A DNA stretch of 46,499 nt from an uncultured Candidatus Saccharibacteria bacterium (GTDB taxonomy: Bacteria > Patescibacteriota > Minisyncoccia > JAHISW01 > Tagabacteraceae). Both the position numbers and the translations under genes were made by a program. The stretch spans positions 1-46,499 of the forward strand of contig CAZRMW010000006.1 of the NCBI GenBank assembly GCA_964601305.1, given 5' to 3'. The notes below the pieces were generated by a model. That model saw nothing but the letters and a program-made list of their open reading frames with translations, had not been told where the DNA came from and did no database searches. Below, piece after piece: positions 6,695 to 16,540 of this stretch. The first letter of the stretch is position 1; each line of letters opens with the position of its first letter.

Positions 6695-9640
6695 TTAGAT
6701 TTTGTGCAACTCTAGAGATTTATCGCCCAATTCTTTATTGGCGCTTTCAAGCAGTGGCTGCCCAGAGATAACAGCCGTCGACATTTTCATACCAAGCTTG
6801 AAATATCTCCTTGCCACTTTCAAAATAACATCTTTATTGATCTCGAGAACCCTGTCTTTAAACATTTTCCTTTGTTTGTAGCTCATTCCCGACAGCCTTC
6901 TGAAAAAATCTTTTCTGGCAGCAAAGCTTGGAGTCTCCGCTTCGTCAATCTCTGCGCACACCGACAAAATTGCTTCTTTCACGTCTTCTTCTGTAAAATT
7001 GCCGGAATTTATAAAATCCAACGCTGAATTGTATTTTTCAAGAGTACGAACTATATGAGGATCTCTGTACGACCCAAAAGCAAAGTTTCCACTTTCTATA
7101 CTATAAAGAGAAAAGCCGCCATATGCTTTGCCTTTTTCTCTGATTTCTTTATGAAGATACTTAGATCGCATTAATCTAGCCAAAACAGCAAGAACAGGTG
7201 CATCTGGATGCCCAAATTTTACCGCCCTAAACACTGAAGCAACAAAAGAAACACCCGAAGATGTGCTCCAGCCCTCACGGACTTTACAGTTTTCCGGAAT
7301 CTTGTGTTTGTAAACAAAATTTGATTTTCCGGCAGTCATTTTTTTAAAAACTATATTTAGGCATTGCTTTGCCACTTCAGCCTTTCTAATATCTCCAATT
7401 AAAGCAACTTTCATATTATTTTTTTTAAAAATTAAAGATGCTATTTCATCTAGATCCATCGAAAGATGTTCTATACCATTTTCTTTTATGTCCAGTACGA
7501 GTTTTTTAGCAAACTTTAACTGCGATATACCATTCCAAAGCTCGTTAACAAACGAAGTCTTAGAGGTGTTTCGAGCTGCCAAGCTAATAGCAAACCTATG
7601 ACCATTTTGTAGTACTCTCGATTCCAGCAATGCGACATATTCAAGAAGAAGATTTTTCAATCTATCATGATCAAAAAAATCATGATAAATCAAAAGCTCT
7701 TCCACCAATTTCATCATTTCTTTAGTATTTTTTTCCAAGCATTTTGCATTTAACGAAACAAAAGTCAGAGTTTTGCCATTTTTGTGATTATTTCCAGCCA
7801 TTGAAGAAAAATTTATGCCACCCGTATATGTATTTATCTGTCGGACAACATCTTCATAACCCCTTTTTTCTGTACCAACCTTATTTAAAATGTGACAAAA
7901 GAATGGAATAAGAGGCAAGAGATCTTTTTTAAGTTCACCAAGACCAATGGCTCCAGTAAAATAAAAAATACCGGAAGTTGGCTGATCGTACACCAAGACC
8001 TTGTTTCCTTCTATTGTTGTATCTATATCGGGAGCTTCTATCTTTTTCGGAGGTTTTACTTCAGAAAGAGAAAGTGTGGGCAAACAAGAAAGATCTTCTT
8101 CGGAGTCTTGAAGTTTTTTAAGTTCACTGGCTACTTTTTTTATGCTCTCGATTTCTTCAGCAGTCATGCCTTTTTTGATTTCTTCAAGCTCCAAACGAAC
8201 CCTTTCCTGCTCTTTTTCGGCCATTTCATGGCCGGGAGACAATACAAACCGAACATGATGAGAATTGTTTAAAAAATACTCTTTAATTTTCTTCTCAAAA
8301 AAACGGCCTTTTTGTATTCCTTCCTGTATTACAGAAAGATTTTCACCAAAATCCAATCTCTCCGCCAAGTCCCCACCATGAATGTAGCTCTCTAAAAATC
8401 TCAATAAGACTTTTATACCATAAGGATATGGAGAGTTTGTTACTTCTTTTGTTTTAAATTCCAATTGATGCAGAGCAGAATCAATAAGTTTTTGATCAAT
8501 ACCATTTTTTACAAGATTCTCTAGTGTTTCAAAAATAAGATTCTGCACTTTTGAAGCATCCTCTTTTTTTATATCTTTAAGACCAACGGAAAACATTGTG
8601 TCTTTCAAGTCTGTCTCTAGGCCACTAGAATCGCTTAATGTAGACCCTATTTTTGAGTCAATCAAAGCTTTTCTCAAAGGAGAAGCTGAATCACCCAAAA
8701 GAATAATATTCAGCAAATCTAGAGTAAGAACTTCTAAACTATCGCGCACATCTGCGACAAGCCAAGCAACACAAGCTTGGTATTTTTTTGTGGGATCTTC
8801 ATTTTTGGCCAGTGGGTATTTATACTCTACGCTCTTGGGCTTATCCCAGTGAGGCTGAGATAAAACTTCAGTATCTGGGTCTATTTTTGAAAAATCTTTC
8901 AGCACACCTTGCAACAAAGCCAGGGTCTTTTCTACTGGAAAATTACCGTAAGAATAAGAAAAAGCATTACTCGGATGATAATGGCGTTCATGAAATACCA
9001 CAAGATCTGCATGAGAAAGATTTACTATTTCTCTTGGGTCTCCGCCAGAATTAAAGCTATAAGTAGTATCTGGATAAAGAGCATTCATTAAAGATCTTTC
9101 CATAATTTGATTTGGAGAAGACATCGCGCCCTTCATTTCGTTGTATACCACACCCCCGTAAGCCAAATTTTCTTCCTTTGTTTCCTTGTTTTTTTCTACC
9201 TCAAGGCACCAACCTTCTTGGAGAAAACTTAGTTTGTCTATCTTTGGAAAAAAGACAGCGTCGGCATAAACGCTCATAAGATTATAATAATCTTTTTCGT
9301 TTTCCGTAGAAAATGGATACATCGTCCAGTCTGGAGCTGTAAAAGCATTCATAAAAGTATTCAAGCTTCTTGTAAGCATAGAAAAGAAAGGATCTTTTAC
9401 AGGAAAATTTTTAGAGCCTGCCAGAGCAATATGCTCCAAAATATGAGCAATACCAGTCGAATCTTGAGGTACTGTTTTTAGTCTAATTCCAAAAGTATTT
9501 TCGGGATCGTTGTTTGCTATATGTATGTGCGTATCTCCCGAGGGATGAACAAATTCAAATATTTCCGAGCCACCACGAATATCTGGCAGATCTTCTCTTC
9601 TAACAAGCTTAAAATCATAATACGTTTTACCTACTTGCAT
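6695..9640 (-). CDS. M16-family (PreP/M16C-like) zinc metallopeptidase, about 981 aa. I trimmed the start to the ATG at 9640, which has a GGAGGA RBS. The ORF track extends to 9742 only by reading through an upstream GC-palindrome repeat.
   Basis: HILEH inverzincin motif. The length and domain order fit M16C. The RBS ggaggacact lies immediately before MQVGKTYY. Confidence 0.8.
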   Translation of the reverse strand: MQVGKTYYDFKLVRREDLPDIRGGSEIFEFVHPSGDTHIHIANNDPENTFGIRLKTVPQDSTGIAHILEHIALAGSKNFPVKDPFFSMLTRSLNTFMNAFTAPDWTMYPFSTENEKDYYNLMSVYADAVFFPKIDKLSFLQEGWCLEVEKNKETKEENLAYGGVVYNEMKGAMSSPNQIMERSLMNALYPDTTYSFNSGGDPREIVNLSHADLVVFHERHYHPSNAFSYSYGNFPVEKTLALLQGVLKDFSKIDPDTEVLSQPHWDKPKSVEYKYPLAKNEDPTKKYQACVAWLVADVRDSLEVLTLDLLNIILLGDSASPLRKALIDSKIGSTLSDSSGLETDLKDTMFSVGLKDIKKEDASKVQNLIFETLENLVKNGIDQKLIDSALHQLEFKTKEVTNSPYPYGIKVLLRFLESYIHGGDLAERLDFGENLSVIQEGIQKGRFFEKKIKEYFLNNSHHVRFVLSPGHEMAEKEQERVRLELEEIKKGMTAEEIESIKKVASELKKLQDSEEDLSCLPTLSLSEVKPPKKIEAPDIDTTIEGNKVLVYDQPTSGIFYFTGAIGLGELKKDLLPLIPFFCHILNKVGTEKRGYEDVVRQINTYTGGINFSSMAGNNHKNGKTLTFVSLNAKCLEKNTKEMMKLVEELLIYHDFFDHDRLKNLLLEYVALLESRVLQNGHRFAISLAARNTSKTSFVNELWNGISQLKFAKKLVLDIKENGIEHLSMDLDEIASLIFKKNNMKVALIGDIRKAEVAKQCLNIVFKKMTAGKSNFVYKHKIPENCKVREGWSTSSGVSFVASVFRAVKFGHPDAPVLAVLARLMRSKYLHKEIREKGKAYGGFSLYSIESGNFAFGSYRDPHIVRTLEKYNSALDFINSGNFTEEDVKEAILSVCAEIDEAETPSFAARKDFFRRLSGMSYKQRKMFKDRVLEINKDVILKVARRYFKLGMKMSTAVISGQPLLESANKELGDKSLELHKI

Positions 9641-9802
9641 AGTGTCCTCCTTCTTGCCCCGCCCGGCGGGGGTGAGTTTGTTGCGTTTGGTTTGTTTTTT
9701 GGTTGACCTGGTTAACATGTTTATTATATTATCAATTTGCACCTAAAAAAAGAATAGCACAAACTATTTTATATACAATAATATAAGAGAATCAAGATTT
9801 TG

Positions 9803-9874
9803 CGGTCCCACGGGGAATCGAACCCCGATTTTCAGCTTGAAAAGCTGACGTCCTGACCGTTAGACGATGGGACC
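9803..9874 (-). tRNA. tRNA-Glu (anticodon TTC).
   Basis: Cloverleaf: acceptor ggtccca/tgggacc, D-arm tcgtctaacggtcaggac, anticodon loop ttttcaa, T-arm cgggg-ttcgatt-ccccg. Confidence 0.85.
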
Positions 9875-9911
9875 CGCCTAAATTAAAGATATTGCAAATT
9901 ATAAAACAATA

Positions 9912-10253
9912 TTAGACACTTTTCAATGGTATCAACTCAAAATTAATTATTTTAACTATAGTATCTTTGTTTACTTTGTCGCCATAATAGCGCCTAAAAC
10001 TTTCATACATTTTTTCTTCACTCTTATATTTTTTGTGTCCCACAAAATCTTCATCAGTTATTTTACTAAACTTCTTTTCTCTTACATTTATTAATTCAGC
10101 TTTTGCAAATACTTCCCCTGTATTCCAATTTACAAGCTCCACCTTATCGCCAACTTGTAAATCTTTGTCGTCAAAAAGTCGCCAAGTGGTGGTCTTTTCA
10201 CCAGATAGCACAAGTGGCACAAGGTGTTTTCTAAATTTAAGTGTTTTATCCAT
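9912..10253 (-). CDS. ASCH-domain (PUA-like) protein.
   Basis: LSGEKTTTWRL, a small protein with a beta-barrel-like pattern. Assigned from memory of the family. Confidence 0.45.
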   Translation of the reverse strand: MDKTLKFRKHLVPLVLSGEKTTTWRLFDDKDLQVGDKVELVNWNTGEVFAKAELINVREKKFSKITDEDFVGHKKYKSEEKMYESFRRYYGDKVNKDTIVKIINFELIPLKSV

Positions 10254-10357
10254 ATTTTTTATTAATATGGTGAGATTTAGTACTGATTTTCACCATATTC
10301 ACCACAAAAAGGGATTTTTCTCTGGTATTTTGCCATTCTAGCAGTTATTGTAAGAAT

Positions 10358-11485
10358 ATGAAAATATTAGCCATAGAAACATCTTGCGACGAGACGGCAA
10401 TAGCAGTTTTGAAGGTGAAAAGCACGAAGGCGCCGGTTTTTTCGATTTTATCTAATATCGTTTCTTCTCAAGTGAAGCTCCACGCAAAGTGGGGTGGTGT
10501 CGTTCCAGGTTTAGCCAAGCGCGAACACACCAAAAATCTACCAAAAGTTTTAGATAAGGCACTAAAACAAGCAAAGATAAAAACCCCTGAAAAAGAAATA
10601 GATTATGTCGCCGTTACTATTGGCCCTGGACTAGAGTCAGCACTTTGGACAGGAATAAACTTTGGGAGAAATTTAGTAGAAGAGTGGAATAAGCCAATAA
10701 TTCCTGTAAACCATATGGAAGGACATTTGTTTTCTCCGTTTTTGAAAAGTGAAAATTTCAAGATTCCTAAAATTAACTTTCCAGCGATTGCACTGCTAGT
10801 AAGTGGCGGACACACGCAACTTGTGCTAATTAAAAATCTTGGAAAATACAAAATTTTAGGAGAAACTCGCGACGACGCCGCAGGAGAAGTTTTCGACAAA
10901 GTAGCCAGAATGCTAAACCTCGGCTACCCCGGCGGCCCCGCCATTTCTAAACTAACATCTAACCCCACCTCATCTGTTGGAGGTCCGACTTCCAACAGAT
11001 ACGATGTCAAGTTGCCGAGGCCAATGATAAGTGATAATTCTCCAGACGGCGAATTTGATTTTTCTTTTTCTGGTTTGAAAACCGCAGTGCTTTATAAAAT
11101 AAAGGAGTTGAAAAGTTTACCCCGCTCGGCGGGGCTTACACCAAGCATCAAAAAAGAAATCTGCCACGAATTTCAGCAATCCGTAATAGATGTTTTAATT
11201 TCTAAAGCTTTGAAGGCCACAGAAAAATACAAAGCAAAGACTGTCATACTTGGCGGGGGAGTAGTAGTAAACAAAGAGCTTAAAAAACAATTTAAAGAAA
11301 ATCTGAAAGATAAAAATATAGACTTGTTAATTCCAAATATTAAATTTTCTGGAGACAATGCAGCTATGATAGCTTTGGCTTCGTATTTCCAAAAGAAAAA
11401 GCCTGTCCGTTCGACAGGCTCCCTCCAAAAAGGCGGGCAGGCAGGACAAGCTTTGAAAGCAAATGGGAATTTGAGGATTGGTTAA
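10358..11485 (+). CDS. tsaD: tRNA N6-adenosine threonylcarbamoyltransferase TsaD (Kae1/YgjD family). It carries an in-frame GC-palindrome insertion (encoding PRSAGL) and a repeat-derived C-terminal extension.
   Basis: MKILAIETSCDETAIAVL, HMEGH and GGVVVN motifs. Confidence 0.9.
   Translation: MKILAIETSCDETAIAVLKVKSTKAPVFSILSNIVSSQVKLHAKWGGVVPGLAKREHTKNLPKVLDKALKQAKIKTPEKEIDYVAVTIGPGLESALWTGINFGRNLVEEWNKPIIPVNHMEGHLFSPFLKSENFKIPKINFPAIALLVSGGHTQLVLIKNLGKYKILGETRDDAAGEVFDKVARMLNLGYPGGPAISKLTSNPTSSVGGPTSNRYDVKLPRPMISDNSPDGEFDFSFSGLKTAVLYKIKELKSLPRSAGLTPSIKKEICHEFQQSVIDVLISKALKATEKYKAKTVILGGGVVVNKELKKQFKENLKDKNIDLLIPNIKFSGDNAAMIALASYFQKKKPVRSTGSLQKGGQAGQALKANGNLRIG
11439..11478. repeat. Direct repeat A (ggcaRgac...ctttRaaagcaaatgggaatttRag), overlapping the tsaD C-terminus and stop. 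Its partner is at 12565-12599.
   Basis: Read directly. About 32 of 35 nt are identical. Confidence 0.7.
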
Positions 11486-11775
11486 TTTATCTTTATTTCC
11501 TCTTCAAAAAACTTTATTCTTCCAGAACCAGCTTCGCATATTCCTACTTTTGTAATATCTTCAATTTCTTCCGAACACAAATTTAGATCTAAAACAATTC
11601 CATCTAAAAAACAAATAGTTCCTTTTCCTAAAATATCTGTTCCTTTCTTATTTATGGTACCAATTAGATACCCCTCCTTTTTAAAATTAATAAAAACGGT
11701 CCATTCGTTTTCAAGAGCTTTTTTAAATTTTTTTATTATTTCTTCATTTTCTTGTACAGGAAGTGAAGTTAACAT
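11482..11775 (-). CDS. Hypothetical protein, 97 aa. It is part of the cassette bracketed by direct repeats.
   Basis: ORF only. No family recognised. Confidence 0.3.
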   Translation of the reverse strand: MLTSLPVQENEEIIKKFKKALENEWTVFINFKKEGYLIGTINKKGTDILGKGTICFLDGIVLDLNLCSEEIEDITKVGICEAGSGRIKFFEEEIKIN

Positions 11776-11927
11776 TTTAAAATTCTCCTTTTTTATTTAT
11801 TTCAATATCCTCTCTGTAGTTTTAATCTAGCTAAAGTCTAAGTCAAAAACATTTTTGTATCAAGACAAAAAAGTACAAAGTACCACGACCGCTTAGTTTT
11901 GTACTTTTTTTATTTTATCAAAACTAG

Positions 11928-12266
11928 CTACTCCACTAAAGCTAAGATTTTTTCTTGAGTTTCTAAAAGAGCCTCGTCTTTTATTTTGGTAATATATTTT
12001 ACTTTTCTTGCTTGCCAATCTAAGGTTCTAAGTTGATCTGCAAGCACAAAACCTTTTATTTTTTTGTTTTCTACAGAAACCTCAAATGGGTATCCTTTTT
12101 CGTGAGAAGTAATAGGACACATTAAAGCCAGACCTGTTTTGTTGTTGTACATTTTTGGAGAAATTACCAAAGCGGGTCTTTTTCCTTTTTGTTCACGCCC
12201 ACTTTGTGGATTAAAATTTATCCAAACTAAATCTCCTCTGTCTGGAACATAGTTTTTCTTTACCAT
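11928..12266 (-). CDS. mazF: MazF/PemK-family endoribonuclease toxin.
   Basis: PDRGDLVWINFNPQSGREQKGKRPALVISP is the canonical MazF N-terminus. Confidence 0.85.
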   Translation of the reverse strand: MVKKNYVPDRGDLVWINFNPQSGREQKGKRPALVISPKMYNNKTGLALMCPITSHEKGYPFEVSVENKKIKGFVLADQLRTLDWQARKVKYITKIKDEALLETQEKILALVE

Positions 12267-12502
12267 ATTTCTTTGCCTTGTGGATTATCATCAAAAACAA
12301 GTGTTTGTTTATTCTCATTAGTAATTTGAGAGACTAAATCTTTTATACTAGTTCTACTTTTTTTTACTGGGCGAACTAACACAGCTTTATCTTTTACAGA
12401 AAGAACTACAGAGCTACCAGACTTAAAGTTTAGTTTTTTAGAAATCTCTCGAGGAATACGAACAGCCAGACTGTTTCCCCACATTTTTATTTTTGTAGTC
12501 AT
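12260..12502 (-). CDS. mazE: MazE/AbrB-like antitoxin. The start is trimmed to MTTKIKMWGNS.
   Basis: SpoVT/AbrB swapped-hairpin pattern (KMWGNSLAVRIPREI). Overlaps the mazF start. Confidence 0.7.
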   Translation of the reverse strand: MTTKIKMWGNSLAVRIPREISKKLNFKSGSSVVLSVKDKAVLVRPVKKSRTSIKDLVSQITNENKQTLVFDDNPQGKEIW

Positions 12503-12521
12503 ATATACATTGTATATACAT
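12501..12521. promoter_or_regulatory. Repeated atatacat motif / near-palindrome at the mazE start. Candidate operator and -10 region.
   Basis: atatatacattgtatatacat read directly at the ATG. Confidence 0.3.
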
Positions 12522-12564
12522 AATAATAAAAAGTCAAACAAAAAGCCTCGTCGAGATAAACTCG

Positions 12565-12599
12565 GCAAGACCTTTAAAGCAAATGGGAATTTAAGTATT
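12565..12599. repeat. Direct repeat B, the partner of 11439-11478. Together they bracket the MazEF cassette.
   Basis: Read directly. Confidence 0.7.
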
Positions 12600-12803
12600 T
12601 AATTCATCCATCACAGAATCTACTAAACTCTCTTGCTTCTCTTTAAAATCTTTTTCCAATTCTTCTGTTGTCCCACTTTCTTTTCGAACTTCTTCGTAGG
12701 TCGCAATGATTGCTTCAACATAGTTCATATGTTGCATTGGAACAAACTCTTTTTCGTATAATAAAAATTTTACTTTTTTAATAATTTCTTTTTTTATTTT
12801 CAA
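12591..12803 (-). CDS. Hypothetical acidic small protein, 70 aa.
   Basis: ORF in a two-gene overlapping operon. No family recognised. Confidence 0.3.
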   Translation of the reverse strand: MKIKKEIIKKVKFLLYEKEFVPMQHMNYVEAIIATYEEVRKESGTTEELEKDFKEKQESLVDSVMDELNT

Positions 12804-13108
12804 TGTCCCTCCTTCCCTAAATTTTCTGCTATTTTCAAAAATTCTCCAAAATGCTCAACAACCTCAAATATTTCAGGCTCCACATCTACTTCCTCTCTTT
12901 CTATTATTTCCTCCGCTAAGTCAAAAAGGGATTGTATTTCTTTTATCTCTTCTTCAATTACCTTCCTCATCACTTCCGCCACAACCCTCAAATCTTTAAT
13001 TTCAAGAGCTACAGCTTTTGAGCTAACATGCTCACAATTTTTACTTCCATCCCAAATCCTTTTCTTTACTTCCAACAAAAATTGTTCGTCGTGTTCCATT
13101 TTTCCCAA
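12800..13108 (-). CDS. Hypothetical protein, 102 aa.
   Basis: ORF whose stop overlaps the start of the downstream ORF. Confidence 0.3.
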   Translation of the reverse strand: MGKMEHDEQFLLEVKKRIWDGSKNCEHVSSKAVALEIKDLRVVAEVMRKVIEEEIKEIQSLFDLAEEIIEREEVDVEPEIFEVVEHFGEFLKIAENLGKEGH

Positions 13109-13183
13109 TCTCCTTTTAGAGTACTATAAAATATGCAATAATAGGTTTATATCTGGTTCAAAGACTAAAATAAAAATACTTTT

Positions 13184-15217
13184 ATGTCAAACAAAATTGA
13201 GGGCACCTACGACCCGCAAAAAACTGAAGAAAAAATATACCAAACCTGGAAAAACTCAGGTTTATTTAATCCAGACAACTTAAAAAATACTAAAAAAGAA
13301 ACTTTTACTATTGTGCTTCCTCCACCAAATGTGACAGGCGCACTACATATGGGCCATGCCTTAAACGCAACTATTCAAGATATTTTGATAAGAAAAAAAA
13401 GAATGGAAGGCTACAAAGCCCTCTGGCTTCCGGGCACAGACCATGCCGGTATTGCCACACAAAACGTTGTAGAAAAAAACCTTATCAAGCAAGAAGGCAA
13501 AAGAAGACACGAGTTAAGTAAAGAAAAATTTATAGAGCGCGTTTGGGAGTGGAAAGAAGAGTATGGAAACAAAATTTTGGGTCAACTCAAAAAAATTGGC
13601 GCTTCTTGCGATTGGTCTCGCACAAGATTTACCATGGATGAAGACTATCAAAAAGAAGTTAAAGACGCCTTTATGCATTATTACAACAAAGGCTGGATGT
13701 ATAAAGCAGAGAGAGTTATAAACTGGTGCACAAAATGCCAAACGAGTCTTTCAGACCTCGAACTTGAGCACGAAGAGCAACACGACAAACTTTATTTTAT
13801 AAAATACGGTCCAATTACGGTTTCTACGACACGACCTGAAACAATGTTAGGAGATACTGCAATTGCTGTTAATCCAAAAGATGAAAAATACAAAGATTTA
13901 ATTGGCAAAAAAGTGATTTTGCCAATTGTAAACAAAGAAATACCTGTTATAGAAGATAGAGTTATAGATCCAGAGTTTGGTACAGGAGCTGTAAAAGTTA
14001 CACCTGCGCACAGTATAATTGATGCAGAAATAGGGGAACGACACAATCTAGAAGCTCCAAAGGTTATAGATCAATTTGGAAAAATGACTTGGGGAAAATA
14101 TGAAGGAATGAAAATAAACGAAGCACGAGAAGAAATTGTAAAAGATTTAGAAAAAGAAAACTTGGTGGAAAAAATCGAAGATTACACACATAACGTATCC
14201 ACTTGTTATCGATGTAATAGAATAATTGAAAACCTGCCAAGCGAACAATGGTTTTTGAAGATGGATGAGCTTGCAAAAAAAGCTATGGAGGCTGTTGAAA
14301 ATGGTAAAGTAAAATTTCATCCAAAAAAATGGGAAAAAACTTATTTAGATTGGCACAAAAACATTCGCGATTGGTGTGTTTCTAGACAAATTTGGTGGGG
14401 ACACCAAATTCCAGTAGAAAATTCTGAAGACGTTTTGGACACATGGTTTTCTTCCGCGCTTTGGGCGCATGCAACACTCAAAGGAAAAGATCGAGATGAA
14501 TTTTATCCGACAAATGTGCTTTCAACCGCTAGGGATATCATAAATCTTTGGGTGGCAAGGATGGTTTTTTCTGGCTTGGAGTTTGAGAGTAAAGAGCCTT
14601 TTGAAGATGTGATAATTCACCCGACAATTTTAAATAAGAAAGGCCAACGAATGTCTAAGTCTTTAGGCACTGGAGTAGACCCAATGGATTATATAGAAAA
14701 GTTTGGAGCAGATGCTACTCGCTTTGGGTTAATTTGGCAGACCATGGGCAACCAAGATATTCATTGGGCTGAAGAGCATGTGCTTGCTGGCAAAAAGTTT
14801 TGCAATAAGCTTTGGAATATAGCTCGTTTTGTGTTAGCACAAAACGAGAATTTTCAATTTTCAATTTTAAATTTTAAATCAATTTCTAATGATAAATTTT
14901 CAAACGACGACAAAGAAATTTTAGAAAAATTTGAAAAAATTACCAAAAACACCGATAAAAATATTGAAGAATACAAGTTTGGACAAGCGCTTCACGAGCT
15001 GTACGATTTTGTATGGCACAGTTTTGCAGATAAATATATAGAATATTCAAAAAATAATGAATCCGAAGAAACAAAGCAAGTTTTAGCTTATCTTTTAGTT
15101 AACTCTTTAAAGCTCCTTCACCCCTTCATACCTTTTATCACAGAAAGTATTTGGGAAAAATTTCCTTTAGAAAACAAAAAACTTCTTATCGTAGAAAACT
15201 GGCCAGAAATAAAGTAA
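13184..15217 (+). CDS. valS: Valyl-tRNA synthetase, unusually short at 677 aa.
   Basis: PPPNVTGALHMGHA (HIGH motif) and RMSKSLGT (KMSKS motif). Confidence 0.8.
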   Translation: MSNKIEGTYDPQKTEEKIYQTWKNSGLFNPDNLKNTKKETFTIVLPPPNVTGALHMGHALNATIQDILIRKKRMEGYKALWLPGTDHAGIATQNVVEKNLIKQEGKRRHELSKEKFIERVWEWKEEYGNKILGQLKKIGASCDWSRTRFTMDEDYQKEVKDAFMHYYNKGWMYKAERVINWCTKCQTSLSDLELEHEEQHDKLYFIKYGPITVSTTRPETMLGDTAIAVNPKDEKYKDLIGKKVILPIVNKEIPVIEDRVIDPEFGTGAVKVTPAHSIIDAEIGERHNLEAPKVIDQFGKMTWGKYEGMKINEAREEIVKDLEKENLVEKIEDYTHNVSTCYRCNRIIENLPSEQWFLKMDELAKKAMEAVENGKVKFHPKKWEKTYLDWHKNIRDWCVSRQIWWGHQIPVENSEDVLDTWFSSALWAHATLKGKDRDEFYPTNVLSTARDIINLWVARMVFSGLEFESKEPFEDVIIHPTILNKKGQRMSKSLGTGVDPMDYIEKFGADATRFGLIWQTMGNQDIHWAEEHVLAGKKFCNKLWNIARFVLAQNENFQFSILNFKSISNDKFSNDDKEILEKFEKITKNTDKNIEEYKFGQALHELYDFVWHSFADKYIEYSKNNESEETKQVLAYLLVNSLKLLHPFIPFITESIWEKFPLENKKLLIVENWPEIK

Positions 15218-15226
15218 ACTAAAGTT

Positions 15227-15928
15227 ATGAGCTACGAAACATTTCTTTTTGCTTTACTCGGCGGTGTTTTACCCGCTTTGCTTTGGCTTTGGTTTTGGCT
15301 TAAAGAAGACAAACTTCATCCAGAACCAAGACGCCTTATAATTCTCACATTTCTTGGGGGAATGCTAGTTGTTGCTTTAGCGCTTCCTGCGGAAAGGGGA
15401 GTAGACTTTATTTTTAAATCAATTGGCCTTTCCACCTATATCGGCGGTTTTTTTATTCTTTTTGTGTGGGCAGCCATTGAAGAAATTTTTAAATTTTTAG
15501 CAGCAAAAAACATTGCGCTAAACAAAAAGGAGTTTGACGAACCCATAGATGCACTCATATATCTTATAACTGCTGCTGTAGGTTTTGCAGCCATGGAAAA
15601 TATTTTATTTTTAGTAAATGTGGTAGATAATTATGGACTCGAGGCTGGCATTCTTACAGGTAATTTAAGATTTGCTGGTGCAACTCTACTACACGTTTTA
15701 AGTTCTTCTATTGTCGGTGCAGGAATTGCTTTTTCTTTTTTTCACAAAGAATGCTACAAAAGAAATCTTTTTTGGGGACTACTGTTTGCAACTCTGTTGC
15801 ACACAGCTTTTAATTTTTTTATAATTAGAAGTAGTGGAGAAGATATTTTTCGGGTGTTTCTTCCGCTATGGTCTCTTATTATTGTTCTCTTAATACTTTT
15901 TGAGAAAGTTAAAAAAATAAAAAAATAA
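15227..15928 (+). CDS. prsW: PrsW-family intramembrane metalloprotease.
   Basis: Multi-TM protein with EEIFKF (EExxK-like) and LLHTAFNF (HxxxN) motifs. Confidence 0.65.
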   Translation: MSYETFLFALLGGVLPALLWLWFWLKEDKLHPEPRRLIILTFLGGMLVVALALPAERGVDFIFKSIGLSTYIGGFFILFVWAAIEEIFKFLAAKNIALNKKEFDEPIDALIYLITAAVGFAAMENILFLVNVVDNYGLEAGILTGNLRFAGATLLHVLSSSIVGAGIAFSFFHKECYKRNLFWGLLFATLLHTAFNFFIIRSSGEDIFRVFLPLWSLIIVLLILFEKVKKIKK

Positions 15929-15932
15929 TTTT

Positions 15933-16457
15933 ATGTCAAAACATTCGGGTTCATTTTTTGAAAGGCTAACTGGAAACATAAACATTCACGACGAAACCGA
16001 CGATGAAGATTTTGGTGCAATAATCGAAAATGTGGACGAAGAAGAAACAGAAGAAATCATTCCAGAAAAAAAAGAGAGAAAATCAAAAAAGAAAGAAGAA
16101 AAAAGCTGGATAGAGGAAGCTAGTGAAGAAGGACAGCTTTCAGTAGATATGTTTCAAAATCCAACAGAAATTATCATAAAAGCAATGCTTGCTGGAGTAA
16201 AAGCAGAAGATCTAGATGTTTCCATAGACCAAGATGCTATAACACTACGAGGTAGTAGAAAGAGTGAAAGAGAAGTAGAAGAAGATAATTATTATTACAA
16301 AGAGCTTTATTGGGGAGATTTCTCTCGTACAATTCTTTTGCCACAAGAAGTAGATCCAGAAAATGCAGAAGCTTCTATGAAAAACGGACTCCTCGTAATA
16401 AAACTTCCAAAACTCAAAAAAGACAGAAGTCAAAAACTGAAGATAAAGGTAGAGTAG
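15933..16457 (+). CDS. Hsp20/alpha-crystallin small heat-shock protein.
   Basis: Alpha-crystallin core (DAITLRG...LLVIKLPK). Confidence 0.8.
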   Translation: MSKHSGSFFERLTGNINIHDETDDEDFGAIIENVDEEETEEIIPEKKERKSKKKEEKSWIEEASEEGQLSVDMFQNPTEIIIKAMLAGVKAEDLDVSIDQDAITLRGSRKSEREVEEDNYYYKELYWGDFSRTILLPQEVDPENAEASMKNGLLVIKLPKLKKDRSQKLKIKVE

Positions 16458-16540
16458 GAGCCTTGCTTTTCTGTTATTTTGTTGTTAAATTGTACTAAAT
16501 TAAAATTTTACCTTAAAAAATTGGAGAAAGGGGTTTAATT

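Noticed and set aside
7892-9091. Plus-strand ORFs (60-126 aa) inside the peptidase gene.
   Set aside because: They are antisense to a long, well-supported M16 peptidase CDS. Their K/F-rich low-complexity composition is typical of AT-rich antisense frames.
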